From IMG/VR virus record IMGVR_UViG_3300031922_000114, positions 1 to 39,306 of that record: a stretch of DNA of 39,306 nt; one strand, given 5' to 3'. The notes beneath the pieces were generated by a model. That model had not been told where the DNA came from. It worked only from the letters and a program-made list of their open reading frames with translations, and did no database searches. The first letter of the stretch is position 1. Each line of letters opens with the position of its first letter. Below, piece by piece: positions 28,535 to 39,306 of this stretch. Both the position numbers and the translations under genes were made by a program. Source of the stretch: a virus. Its lineage: Duplodnaviria > Caudoviricetes.

Positions 28535-29050
28535 TTATTTTTGAACTATTTTTGAACTATTATTTTCTTCAAGCAGTATTTCTAAACGTTCTAGTATAGC
28601 GTCCTTCTTTTGCTTTACTCCACTTACAGTAATATATTCATCGTATTGATTGCGATATTCCTTGTTAAATTTTCTCGTTATAATATTCCACTTGTCTTTT
28701 TCTTTGTACTTTAATTCTAATATAAACCTATCTTCTGCAGGCAGACTATTAAGTAATATATCAACAAGTTTTATTTTTTTCTCACTCTCTTTTATTTTTA
28801 AAGTTTCTAGTCTAATTGATTCTTTTATCGTTTCTTTTATTTTTTCCGACCTTTCAACTATTCCTTCGGTTGGTGATGTTGGTTTGTTTGTCTTTTGTAT
28901 ACCTAAATTCTCTTGTCTTTTTTTTGGATAAAGTTCATTAATATCAATAGCATCTTTTTCCAACATTATTAACCATTCATCAATTTTGATTTTTGAAAAC
29001 TCTATTGTTAATACATTTGCTTTATAATCTTTTAATAAATCTATAATCAT
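28535..29050 (-). CDS. RinA/ArpU-like late transcription regulator
   Basis: SPTEGIV...LLNSLPAEDRFILELKY...KW sigma4-like C-terminus; last gene of the replication module. Confidence 0.7.
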   Translation of the reverse strand: MIIDLLKDYKANVLTIEFSKIKIDEWLIMLEKDAIDINELYPKKRQENLGIQKTNKPTSPTEGIVERSEKIKETIKESIRLETLKIKESEKKIKLVDILLNSLPAEDRFILELKYKEKDKWNIITRKFNKEYRNQYDEYITVSGVKQKKDAILERLEILLEENNSSKIVQK

Positions 29051-29055
29051 AGGAA

Positions 29056-29364
29056 TTACTCCAAGTCTTCAATTATTTTTTTCACTTCATCAAGATTTGT
29101 TACAATTTGTGCTTCTGTACCTAAAATAGCAAATTTAGCAAGTGTAACTGATTGAAGCATTGTGGGTTTCCCGGTTGGTGTTTTAACTTCAAGACAAAGA
29201 AAAAAAGACTTTTTGCCTTTCTGTATAACTGCCATAATATCGGGTAGTCCTTTTGTTCCATAAAGTCCACCGTGATTTTTCCAAGCATAACCTTTAAACC
29301 TTTTATTTATTGCTGGTTTATTTATGTATTCTATAATTTTTCTTACTATCCCTGATTCTTTCAT
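29056..29364 (-). CDS. VRR-NUC domain nuclease (putative Holliday junction resolvase)
   Basis: MKESGI...KGLPDI...LEVKTPTGKPTMLQ; ATG 29364 has AGGAGG RBS. Confidence 0.88.
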   Translation of the reverse strand: MKESGIVRKIIEYINKPAINKRFKGYAWKNHGGLYGTKGLPDIMAVIQKGKKSFFLCLEVKTPTGKPTMLQSVTLAKFAILGTEAQIVTNLDEVKKIIEDLE

Positions 29365-29385
29365 TTCATCCTCCTTTTCTCTAAA

Positions 29386-29576
29386 TTGAACACTTGAACG
29401 CTTGAACGCATTTTTATATACCATCTATATATATTGTTTTTAGTATATTTATAATAATACTCTCTATATAATATATATAATTATTTATAGTTCAATTAGT
29501 TCAATATAATAAAAATCCCTTATTTTATAAGAAATTCCATTGAACGATTGCTTGAACGCTACTTGAACGATTGAAC
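29386..29576. repeat. Iteron cluster, putative replication origin
   Basis: TTGAAC at 29386, 29394, 29402, 29540, 29552, 29563 and 29571; inverted GTTCAA at 29490 and 29499; very AT-rich core between them. Confidence 0.75.
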
Positions 29577-32204
29577 TTATTTACTTCGATTTTGTTTGGC
29601 TATCCACTCAAGCTCACTACATTCATCAAATTCTCGTTTCTCAATTCTATCTGCTTCTTCTTCAGATAGATCAGAAAAGTTTTCTTCAACCATAATTGCT
29701 ACGTAAGTCGTAGTTACAAGACTATTGGTTCTTCGTACTGTATTTCTATTTTGACTATCTTCAATCAACAGGTATCCACGTTCTCTAAAACCTTTTAATG
29801 TTTTTCGATAATTATATCCTTGTTTTATTAATTCATTTTGTAAAATGCTAGGTTGAATAAAAAAGTAATTCTTATTATCTATCTTTTCTCTAAAACCATA
29901 TATTAGTGTTTTTGACATTTGACTAAAATAATTCAAATTTACAAGTACCCAGCTTTTTAGCCATGTGTAGGCTTTTTCTACAATATCAGCATCTCTTTCC
30001 TTTTCTAATAATTCAAGAATCCTTTTGCCAAAATCTATTGACTCTTTTAAATTATCGAGTTCAAATATAACCTTGTTAGCTATATAATCTGCCAAGCATA
30101 TAATTCCCACACTTGATATGTGACTTGATATATTGTTTTTTATATTATCTTCAAGTTCCATTAATATATTGTTGTATATTTCTTTTAGCTTCTTGTTACC
30201 TATATAATTATCAATTATATGTTCTATATACTTTTTTCCAACGTATCCACAATTTTCGACGCTAAATCGATGCATATGTGATGCTGTTTTTTCTTCTTCA
30301 AACAACTTTCCATATAACTCTATTACTCTTGTAGATATTCCTGTTTGTGAGTTTTCACTTGAAATTGGTTCTTCACCCGTAGTAATAACAGCAGTTCGCC
30401 AGAATACCCGTTCTTGTATTCCACCAGACTTTGATCCTCTGGTTCTTCCTTGCCCTAACCCTAGCATGTATACAATATTATTCATATAATCCTTATTGGA
30501 TCCTGAAACTTGTTTTTCATCTATCCCAAATGGCAGATCGTTATAAAATGCGGCCATCTTTTCAAATCCTACTGCGGTTGAGTTAAATGTTCCCATGATA
30601 TCATCTGGATTGCCCCATACAGAAAGAGCAACTTTCAAAGCAGCCGTTTTCCCTGCTCTTGAGTTTGCCCATACATGGACTATAAAAGTTCTATAATCTA
30701 ATAACTTAATTAGAGGAGCTGCAAAACTAGTTTTCAAAATACAATTAAACAAATCGTTTTTAAGAAGCGGTCTTATTTCTTGTACCCATGCTTCATAACC
30801 ACCTCTTGGTTCATATCCAGTAATTAACTTTCTATTTGAACTTTCATTTTTGAGAAATATATCTCCTGATACATGTGGTATGAAATATTTACCCCACCAC
30901 CCAAGTTGTGCTACACAATTTCTTACTGGTGTATGGCCATAATTCAAATCATCCATTTTTCCGAAGTACGAAGACATTTTTTTCGCATTTTCGCCTGATA
31001 TCATTATTCCCATATCACCAAGTTGAAGAATTGATCTACTATTGTTTATTATGCTTCTAGTAGTTATTACTGTTTTCCAAGATTTCTGATCGTAATAAGA
31101 TAATTCTATATCTTCTAGATCAGATTCTAGATTCCTTAGTATTGCACTTATTACTACAGGTATCCTGCAAATTACTTCAATGTTTCCTTTAAAATCTTTA
31201 AGTATAATACCATCTTTACTTATTTCATAATCAGTAGGTATTAAAACATTGGGCATTCCTTCTATCGGCAGATTTGCTTTATTGGTTACTTCTTTTAAAT
31301 CTAATTCCTTTGCTTTATCTATTAGTTCTGTTATTTTATTTTTAAACGTCATTAATTGATCGAATGAGACTTGTTCTTTTAAAGCAACATATTTTTGAAA
31401 TAACTCATTCGGATCTTTAACGCCATAATCAGAACAGCTAAATTCATATACTTTATTTTTATAATTGAATTTTTCTAAAGTTTTACATATATTATCTTTA
31501 AATATATTGCCCCCTATATCATTCTCATTGTGAATATAAACCTTTTTCCCTTTTAAGTATTTAATCCAAGTAGATTTGAATGTTGTTGCCCCTGGAACAC
31601 CAAGGGCAGGATGACCAACCAATTCAAGCGATTGTGTATCGGATTCACCTTCTACTAATATTAAATAGTCTTTATTTTTATGCTTTGATAATAATTGCAA
31701 CCCATAAGGAATAATTGCTGCACTTTTTTCCCATCTAAAACTTTTGTTAATACCACGAAATCTGTTACTAACAATATTCCCTTCTTCATCCATATATGGA
31801 ATTTTAATTACCTTTTTAAAATTACTTATTTTCCATGTCTTTTCCAAATAATTAAGTGGTATTCCTTTGTCTTTTGAGTACATTAACATATCATATTTAT
31901 CAACAATTACTTCTTTTTCTGTTTTTGATTCCGAAATATATTCAATGTTATATTTTTCGCAAATTCCTTTATAAGCTTCGTTAGTAGTTATATCTTCCAT
32001 CTTTGCTATAAAATTAAACAAGTTACCTCGTTCATTACATCCAAAACAATGATACATTCCGTTTTTTAAATTAATGCTAAAAGACGGATTATCATCATCG
32101 TGAAAAGGACAGTGAGTCATGAGGGAGTCTTTATTCTTTTTAGGGTTATTAAGATACTTTTTATATTCATTCTCATAATCTATGATATCATCAATATTTT
32201 TCAT
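29577..32204 (-). CDS. Primase-helicase: CHC2 zinc finger, Toprim and DUF927 (Cch-like) helicase
   Basis: CPFHDD..PSF...HCFGC; LVEGESD; QLGW; Walker A ANSRAGKT; FGIDE; GQGRTRG; ITTGE. Confidence 0.9.
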   Translation of the reverse strand: MKNIDDIIDYENEYKKYLNNPKKNKDSLMTHCPFHDDDNPSFSINLKNGMYHCFGCNERGNLFNFIAKMEDITTNEAYKGICEKYNIEYISESKTEKEVIVDKYDMLMYSKDKGIPLNYLEKTWKISNFKKVIKIPYMDEEGNIVSNRFRGINKSFRWEKSAAIIPYGLQLLSKHKNKDYLILVEGESDTQSLELVGHPALGVPGATTFKSTWIKYLKGKKVYIHNENDIGGNIFKDNICKTLEKFNYKNKVYEFSCSDYGVKDPNELFQKYVALKEQVSFDQLMTFKNKITELIDKAKELDLKEVTNKANLPIEGMPNVLIPTDYEISKDGIILKDFKGNIEVICRIPVVISAILRNLESDLEDIELSYYDQKSWKTVITTRSIINNSRSILQLGDMGIMISGENAKKMSSYFGKMDDLNYGHTPVRNCVAQLGWWGKYFIPHVSGDIFLKNESSNRKLITGYEPRGGYEAWVQEIRPLLKNDLFNCILKTSFAAPLIKLLDYRTFIVHVWANSRAGKTAALKVALSVWGNPDDIMGTFNSTAVGFEKMAAFYNDLPFGIDEKQVSGSNKDYMNNIVYMLGLGQGRTRGSKSGGIQERVFWRTAVITTGEEPISSENSQTGISTRVIELYGKLFEEEKTASHMHRFSVENCGYVGKKYIEHIIDNYIGNKKLKEIYNNILMELEDNIKNNISSHISSVGIICLADYIANKVIFELDNLKESIDFGKRILELLEKERDADIVEKAYTWLKSWVLVNLNYFSQMSKTLIYGFREKIDNKNYFFIQPSILQNELIKQGYNYRKTLKGFRERGYLLIEDSQNRNTVRRTNSLVTTTYVAIMVEENFSDLSEEEADRIEKREFDECSELEWIAKQNRSK

Positions 32205-32229
32205 AATCCCTCCTTACTTATCTAAGTAT

Positions 32230-32931
32230 TTACTCTAAAATATCATCTTGAACTATTTCTATTCTTTCACTCCTAGTAGTATGTTTTATGCTTTCAGAAA
32301 AATTTCTCATAACATTTTTTTCTTCTTCGCTTAATTCTCGACTAATTGCAAATTGAACCTTAGAGTATTTAATACCTGTATTAGATTTTTCAACTGTTAG
32401 AGTTAATTTCGTTATAAAATCACAAGTTTTTTTGCCTTTAGTTACAATTCTTTTTGATACATAATCCGAAAAGTTTTTTATGCTAGTAGGTGGCAAAGTA
32501 ATTAAAATAGGTAAAATTTCACCACTTCTTAAAATGTAGATTCTTCGTAAATTTTTACATTTTTTTCCTTTACCATCATCTGCTGAACCATATTTGTTGA
32601 AAGGACAGTTATTACAATTTCCACCAGGTTCACCAATGCCTAGTTTTCCATCCATAGAACTACATGTAGGTGGCATAATTTCCCCAGTATATTCATTTTC
32701 AAAATATGCATTTACCGGATAATGATCTACAATTACCCCTTCAATTTCTTTCATATGTTCTGGTTGATCAGGCAAATCACCTGCCACTTCCCACATAGTA
32801 CCACCACCTGATGGTATTCTTACTTTATCAAAAGAAAGATTTAACCCTTCTAATTCTTCGGTATCTATTACAACATTTCCTGTAGGTACAATAAAATTTT
32901 CATTCTTTACTACCAATTCGTTTTTTTCCAT
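32230..32931 (-). CDS. Phage replication-module protein with Cys cluster (possible ssDNA-binding protein)
   Basis: PTCSSMDG...CNNCPFNKYGS...GKKCKN...LPPTSIK; acidic tail; upstream of the primase. Confidence 0.6.
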   Translation of the reverse strand: MEKNELVVKNENFIVPTGNVVIDTEELEGLNLSFDKVRIPSGGGTMWEVAGDLPDQPEHMKEIEGVIVDHYPVNAYFENEYTGEIMPPTCSSMDGKLGIGEPGGNCNNCPFNKYGSADDGKGKKCKNLRRIYILRSGEILPILITLPPTSIKNFSDYVSKRIVTKGKKTCDFITKLTLTVEKSNTGIKYSKVQFAISRELSEEEKNVMRNFSESIKHTTRSERIEIVQDDILE

Positions 32932-32947
32932 AATTTCAATTTCCTTT

Positions 32948-33361
32948 CTAATTTGACTTTCTGATTGCTATTTTTGATTTTTCATATACGTTTATAAAAT
33001 CTGATATCCATGTTGGTATCTCACCATCATTATTAGTTTTTAACTCTTTAACAAATGCGCGAAGGCTTTGTGCATTAACTTGTTCTTGTACTAATTCACC
33101 AGCATCATTATTACGAAGTGCTTCGAATAATTCATCCTTTGTTTCTGGTTTTGCACTTGCAAAAGTTTCTACTCTTAAAGAATACGTACGGCCATTTCTT
33201 TTAAGACTTTCTAACTCGGCTGTAACCATTGCATCAATAAGTGTAGCTTCAACTTCTTCAAGTGTATTATTTATTGTTTTTAGTTCATCTTCTAGTTGTT
33301 CTTTCTTATCTCTTAAATCTTGTAAATCATCTATTAAAACTAAATCAATCTTATTCTCCAT
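32948..33361 (-). CDS. Conserved phage coiled-coil protein of the replication module
   Basis: N-terminal coiled coil; LVQEQVNAQSLRAFVKE motif. Confidence 0.65.
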   Translation of the reverse strand: MENKIDLVLIDDLQDLRDKKEQLEDELKTINNTLEEVEATLIDAMVTAELESLKRNGRTYSLRVETFASAKPETKDELFEALRNNDAGELVQEQVNAQSLRAFVKELKTNNDGEIPTWISDFINVYEKSKIAIRKSN

Positions 33362-33671
33362 CCTTTATTTCCTCACATTCTTTATTTTTGCTTTGTTTAG
33401 CTCTCTTACTTCGATGAGTATCTTCATCTATTTCCTTTACTTGTTCTTCCAATTCAATTTCTTTGGTATCAATAATTTTTCTCATTTGTTCAATTAAGTT
33501 GAAATCTCTTGATGAAATTGCATTTAAACATACAATATAGTCTTTTTTTATTTCTCTAATTAACCTTGTCAAAATGGGATATTCATTGATTAGTTTTTCT
33601 AATTCAATAACTCTGTTGTTTCCTATTTCCCATACCTGATTCATTACTTCTTTGCTAATAATCGTTTTCAT
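33351..33671 (-). CDS. Hypothetical protein (106 aa)
   Basis: Co-oriented, with RBS GAAAGGA at the end of the MTase gene. Confidence 0.65.
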   Translation of the reverse strand: MKTIISKEVMNQVWEIGNNRVIELEKLINEYPILTRLIREIKKDYIVCLNAISSRDFNLIEQMRKIIDTKEIELEEQVKEIDEDTHRSKRAKQSKNKECEEIKDGE

Positions 33672-33675
33672 TTCT

Positions 33676-35058
33676 TTATCCTTTCATAAATAAATTTTCT
33701 AATATTTTTTGTATTACTTTTACTACAATTGAATTCCCAGCCATTTTATATAGTTGGGTGTTACTTACTCCTGTTTGCTTTGCCTTATAAAAATCTTCAT
33801 CATCAAAATTCATTAATCGCCAACATTCCAGTGGTGTAAGTTTTCTGATTCGTAATTCTTTCGTATAATTCAAAACAGCTGAGCTACTTGTTGCACTTCC
33901 ACACTGTGTAGATTGTGTTGGAGCGACTTCTTCTATTTCCTTTTCATTATAAGGATTAAACTTTACTGGTATATATCCGTTTTCAGTAATAAATTTGTTA
34001 TATTTTTTTGTGATGAAGTTTTCATCAACCGCAACTTTTTGGAGTGAATTATTGGACTGTGCTACAACACAACTTGATATACCCTCTGGGTTTATAACTT
34101 GCTTATTCCTTTTGTGCCAACCATCTCTTACAAGTGATTCTTCGAGAATAATTTTATTTTCTACGACTACTCCTAAATCGCCTGGGTTTGCTTTAATTGT
34201 TGGAACTTTTCCTTTTTGAACACACCCTCTTTTTTGATGTGGTCTGTTAATATAAATCCCATCACCATCTCGGGCTTCTGCATATCCTTTTTTAGTTGCT
34301 TCCGGAACTTTAATGTAGTTATCAGTAGCACGATTCCCCGCAGATGTAGTTATTGTAAAAGCATATTCTTTTGTTAAATCATGTGGATTAAATCTTTTTC
34401 CTCTAACATAACCATTCCTATCAGTAGTATCCGAAAAACACTTAATTAAGCGATCACTTAAATAGAATTTTTCATCTACATTTTCTTCGAGCAAATCTTT
34501 TAATTTCACTTGAAGAACTTCTTTCTCTGGAAATTCAAATGATTGTTCTATATCGTTCCTAATCGAAACAATAAAAACTCTTTCCCTATTTTGTGGAACT
34601 CCATAATCTCTCGCATTTAGTATTTGCCAATAGTTTTTATAACCAGATTCTTCTAAATCTCGAAGAATCATTTCAAAAGTATCTCTAAACTTTTTGCTTG
34701 TTAATTGTTTAACATTTTCTATAATTGAATATTTAGGTTTCTTTTCTTTTAATATTCTTAGACCATCATAATATAAACCACTTCTATTACCTTCTTTAAT
34801 TCCTGCTTGTCTACCAGCAATAGAAATATCTTGACATGGAAATCCCCATGTTAACAAATCAAAGTCAGGAAGATTTTTTTCTTCTATGTTTTTAATATCA
34901 CCATAGTTAAGACTTTCGGAGATGTTAAAAATTGATGAATAACACTTACTTGCATATTTATCAATTTCACTATATCCTACCAATTCATATTTTATTTTTA
35001 ATCTTTCTAGTGCTTTTTCTGGTCCTCCAATTCCAGCAAATAAACTAAAAAGACGCAT
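33676..35058 (-). CDS. dcm: DNA (cytosine-5) methyltransferase with long variable region
   Basis: Motif I LFAGIGG, IV GFPCQD, VI ENV, VIII PQNRER, IX RKLTPLEC and X AGNSI. Confidence 0.95.
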   Translation of the reverse strand: MRLFSLFAGIGGPEKALERLKIKYELVGYSEIDKYASKCYSSIFNISESLNYGDIKNIEEKNLPDFDLLTWGFPCQDISIAGRQAGIKEGNRSGLYYDGLRILKEKKPKYSIIENVKQLTSKKFRDTFEMILRDLEESGYKNYWQILNARDYGVPQNRERVFIVSIRNDIEQSFEFPEKEVLQVKLKDLLEENVDEKFYLSDRLIKCFSDTTDRNGYVRGKRFNPHDLTKEYAFTITTSAGNRATDNYIKVPEATKKGYAEARDGDGIYINRPHQKRGCVQKGKVPTIKANPGDLGVVVENKIILEESLVRDGWHKRNKQVINPEGISSCVVAQSNNSLQKVAVDENFITKKYNKFITENGYIPVKFNPYNEKEIEEVAPTQSTQCGSATSSSAVLNYTKELRIRKLTPLECWRLMNFDDEDFYKAKQTGVSNTQLYKMAGNSIVVKVIQKILENLFMKG

Positions 35059-35061
35059 TTT

Positions 35062-36498
35062 TTATCCCTCTTTCCTAAAATATTTTTTCCAATCATCTAC
35101 AATAGTTTTTGCAATATTTTCCTTTGTTTCAAGTGCATTGAGTATTTTTGTATCTATAGTATCTTCGGCAATGATATTAATGTAAGTACAACTGTTTTTC
35201 TGACCTATTCTATGGATTCTGGCAATTGCTTGAGAATAATTCGCATAGTTAAAATCTAGAGAATAAAAAACAGCAGTATCTGCTGCCGTCAATGTTATTC
35301 CTAAACCTGCTGTCTGAATTTGAGCTATAAAAAGTTTTATATTTTCATCTGTTTGAAACTTATCAACGGCATCACCACGCAAATCCATTTCTACTGAGCC
35401 TGTTATTATTGAATATTGAATTTGCATTTCATCAGCTAATCTTTTGATACTTTCTATTTCTGGAATAAATCTCGCAAAAACAACTAACTTTTTTCTACTT
35501 GAAATAATCACATCTTCAATTATGTCTTTAAGTTCATTTATTTTAGCCTTTGATATTATTTGAATATTGCCATTATCATCCGTAACATGTCCGCCAGCTA
35601 TTTGTGATAATCTCATTAGTTTTGTTAGTACATTCGTTGCAGTTATTTCACCACTTGATAATTCAACGTAACTTTGTTTAACTACTGATTCATAAGTACT
35701 CCTAGCAGTACTTTCTAATGTTACGTATCTATTTAAAAATATTTGCTCTGGCAAATCCAGTGCTTCCTCTTTTGTAACACGATAGGATATGCTATGTGCT
35801 TTTTCTGTTAGTTCATCCATGTTTTTAAAGTTTAGTATTTGATGATTATAATAACCACCCATCATACAATACCTGTTTCTAAAGGCATAAAAACTGACAC
35901 CGAAGATTCCTGGATCAAGGAATTTCCATTGACTAAATACATCTAGAGCATTATTCTGAATTGGAGTCCCTGTTAAAATCATTTTATGTCTAGTTTTTAG
36001 TCCCAAACGATGAATTGTCTTACTTTGAGCTGCACTATGATTTTTTATTTTTTGTGATTCATCACATATAATCATATCCGGTTTAAAGATATTTAACTCT
36101 TGTTCCATTCGCCATGTTGCTTCATAATTTACTACAGCTATTTTTACACCATTCTTATGATATAATGATCGTAGTTTGTCCTTACGCTTACTCATGAGTG
36201 CGCCTGTTAAAGCCTCAATGGTGTAATCGTAATCGGCAAACTTTTTAAATTCAGTAATCCATACATTTATTATTGATGTAGGACATATAATTAAAACTTT
36301 ATTAATTCGTTTATGTTGAAAAGCATATCCTATAACTGCGATGCTAGTTAAAGATTTACCTAGCCCCATATCCATTAATAAGGCACATGAACCAATCGCA
36401 TCTTCGCCACAGTCTAGTTTTAATTTTTTAATTGCAAAATTAAATGCTTTTATTTGATGATCGTACGGCTTTACTTTGATTGGTAATTTTCTTGTCAT
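35062..36498 (-). CDS. SNF2-family helicase/ATPase
   Basis: MDMGLGKS, ICDESQKIKN, LTGTP, AGLGITLTAA and QAIARIHRIGQ. Confidence 0.93.
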   Translation of the reverse strand: MTRKLPIKVKPYDHQIKAFNFAIKKLKLDCGEDAIGSCALLMDMGLGKSLTSIAVIGYAFQHKRINKVLIICPTSIINVWITEFKKFADYDYTIEALTGALMSKRKDKLRSLYHKNGVKIAVVNYEATWRMEQELNIFKPDMIICDESQKIKNHSAAQSKTIHRLGLKTRHKMILTGTPIQNNALDVFSQWKFLDPGIFGVSFYAFRNRYCMMGGYYNHQILNFKNMDELTEKAHSISYRVTKEEALDLPEQIFLNRYVTLESTARSTYESVVKQSYVELSSGEITATNVLTKLMRLSQIAGGHVTDDNGNIQIISKAKINELKDIIEDVIISSRKKLVVFARFIPEIESIKRLADEMQIQYSIITGSVEMDLRGDAVDKFQTDENIKLFIAQIQTAGLGITLTAADTAVFYSLDFNYANYSQAIARIHRIGQKNSCTYINIIAEDTIDTKILNALETKENIAKTIVDDWKKYFRKEG

Positions 36499-36625
36499 CT
36501 TTCCCTTCCTTTCTTATTTTTTTACTTTGTTCATAATCAAATATTAAAAATATTTTTTGTTCACTTGTTAATAAATATTTTGCAACATTGGGAAGATTCC
36601 CTCTTACCATAATTTTATTTTTCAC
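36440..36625 (-). CDS. Hypothetical protein (61 aa)
   Basis: AGGAGG RBS and GTG start; overlaps the SNF2 start. Confidence 0.55.
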   Translation of the reverse strand: MKNKIMVRGNLPNVAKYLLTSEQKIFLIFDYEQSKKIRKEGKDDKKITNQSKAVRSSNKSI

Positions 36626-36690
36626 TTTTCCTCCTAACTATCTTATAAATCTTTATTCATCTTTCATATAACCACCTCGATTCTTATAAT

Positions 36691-36713
36691 AAAAAAGAAG
36701 AATTATTCTTCTT
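36691..36713 (-). terminator. Possible intrinsic terminator after the ArpU gene
   Basis: AAGAAGAAT-A-ATTCTTCTT-TTTT on the minus strand; AT-rich stem. Confidence 0.45.
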
Positions 36714-36718
36714 AAAAA

Positions 36719-37162
36719 TTATTTTACTTTATTTTTTCTTGGTTCTTCATACACCTCGATTCCAAGTGATAATGCAAATCTTGTTATAGCTTTTCTTTTT
36801 ACATCAGTGAAATGCCTATAACCACAAAGCATCTTATCTCTTATTTCTTCATCATTTAGATTTAAATTACTAAAATATCTCAGTCCCAGGTACTGTCTTT
36901 CTTCAGTTGATAATCGATTAAAAGCCTTTTCTATTTTTTCAAGTAAAACCATTAGCTTTTCTTCCACTTCCATTGAATAAATAACCGAATTCTCAATAGT
37001 GGATTTTCTTCCATTATTTTTATTTGGATTCATCATAATAAAACTGGCTGATACAGTTAATGCTTTAGACTCTTCTAACTTAAACTTCATGTTTTCGTAA
37101 TTCCAAACAAAAAATTCTACCGCTTTTCTTGTTTTGGGATAATCTATTATAAAATTAAACAT
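36719..37162 (-). CDS. ArpU-family phage transcriptional regulator
   Basis: KTRKAVE...AFNRLSTEERQYLGLRYF...DEEI...KRKAITRFALSLGIEVYE. Confidence 0.85.
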   Translation of the reverse strand: MFNFIIDYPKTRKAVEFFVWNYENMKFKLEESKALTVSASFIMMNPNKNNGRKSTIENSVIYSMEVEEKLMVLLEKIEKAFNRLSTEERQYLGLRYFSNLNLNDEEIRDKMLCGYRHFTDVKRKAITRFALSLGIEVYEEPRKNKVK

Positions 37163-37197
37163 TTTCTTCCCCTTCCTATTTTTTCTGATTATATATT

Positions 37198-37229
37198 AAA
37201 AAAAGAACATTTCTGCTAATGTTCTTTTT
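37198..37229. terminator. Intrinsic terminator downstream of the recombinase
   Basis: AAAAAGAACATT-TCTGCT-AATGTTCTTTTT perfect inverted repeat. Confidence 0.75.
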
Positions 37230-37332
37230 AGAAACTCAGGTAGCAAATTCCTTAAAACAATTTTAGACAATTTATGATGAAAATTATGTCGTTTTGTCCC
37301 GATATGTAAATTTTTTGTCGTTTTTTATCAAA

Positions 37333-38862
<1,530 letters not shown>

Positions 38863-38886
38863 CTATTCTGTATTTATAATTGTGTC

Positions 38887-38895
38887 ATTATACCA
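38887..38895 (-). promoter_or_regulatory. Extended -10 promoter for the recombinase
   Basis: TGGTATAAT on the minus strand upstream of the AGGAGG RBS. Confidence 0.6.
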
Positions 38896-38959
38896 ATTTT
38901 ATCATTATTGAAAGACGTTGGGAAGACACATTTTTAATACATATTTTCTTCACTTGGCG

Positions 38960-38986
38960 ATACACTTTTTATACACTTTTTATACA
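38960..38986. repeat. 11-bp tandem repeat ATACACTTTTT (about 2.5 copies)
   Basis: Copies at 38960 and 38971, partial at 38982; a further ATACAC at 38995. Confidence 0.7.
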
Positions 38987-39014
38987 GTGCCTTAATACAC
39001 AGGTACTGTTTTTT
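38984..39014 (+). terminator. Hairpin with plus-strand terminator geometry
   Basis: ACAGTGCCT-TAATACAC-AGGTACTGT-TTTTT; the G.T pair and T tail fit the plus strand only. Confidence 0.5.
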
Positions 39015-39306
39015 ATGTGTTTTTAAGTAATTCTATTAGTTTTAGCCAACTTATTTTGTTTGTTTTATCATATAAGAATATTTCGTTTTCATCATTCGAA
39101 TATTGTCCATATGATAGAATCACATAAGTTTTATAATTCTTGTTTATAATGATTTTTATTGGTTGTATAATCCTAATATTTGTCCGTTCTATAGTAGCAG
39201 ACATGCCATTGTGCCAAGTAATATAAGTGTTTTTAGTTGATATGTACTTATCTACTTGTTCTTTCAACTTAGAGGTTGGAGCAATTTCTTTTTCAATTTT
39301 TTGCAT
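39013..39306 (-). CDS. Hypothetical protein (97 aa, possibly 5'-incomplete at window edge)
   Basis: Open frame to the window end; no motif recognised. Confidence 0.55.
   Translation of the reverse strand: MQKIEKEIAPTSKLKEQVDKYISTKNTYITWHNGMSATIERTNIRIIQPIKIIINKNYKTYVILSYGQYSNDENEIFLYDKTNKISWLKLIELLKNT

Noticed and set aside
29386-29576. CRISPR array or satellite interpretation of the TTGAAC repeats
   Set aside because: Units are 6-8 bp with irregular spacing, there are no spacers of CRISPR length and no cas genes

Overview
AT-rich (roughly 28-30% GC by eye), standard genetic code window that is almost entirely one apparently intact temperate siphovirus or prophage of a low-GC Firmicute-type host with peptidoglycan. 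Nearly all genes are on the minus strand. From right to left: large serine recombinase; ArpU-family regulator; SNF2 helicase; C5 DNA methyltransferase; CHC2-Toprim-DUF927 primase-helicase with an adjacent iteron origin; VRR-NUC nuclease; second ArpU/RinA-like regulator; HNH and probable cos; a NucS-like nuclease moron; ParB-MTase; HK97-type terminase, portal, protease and capsid; a non-contractile tail with a -1 frameshifted chaperone; holin; an unannotated acidic mini-protein; and an M23-LysM endolysin. The left about 7 kb is accessory defence cargo: a Type I restriction-modification operon (hsdR-hsdM-hsdS) tightly followed by an RxxxxH HEPN-like gene and a MacroD-type macrodomain gene, the best candidate here for an undescribed system. 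No cI-like repressor, tRNA, rRNA, CRISPR array or reverse transcriptase was seen. Att sites could not be fixed, so it is unclear whether the RM cluster lies inside the prophage. All family calls are from motif recognition, not database searches.
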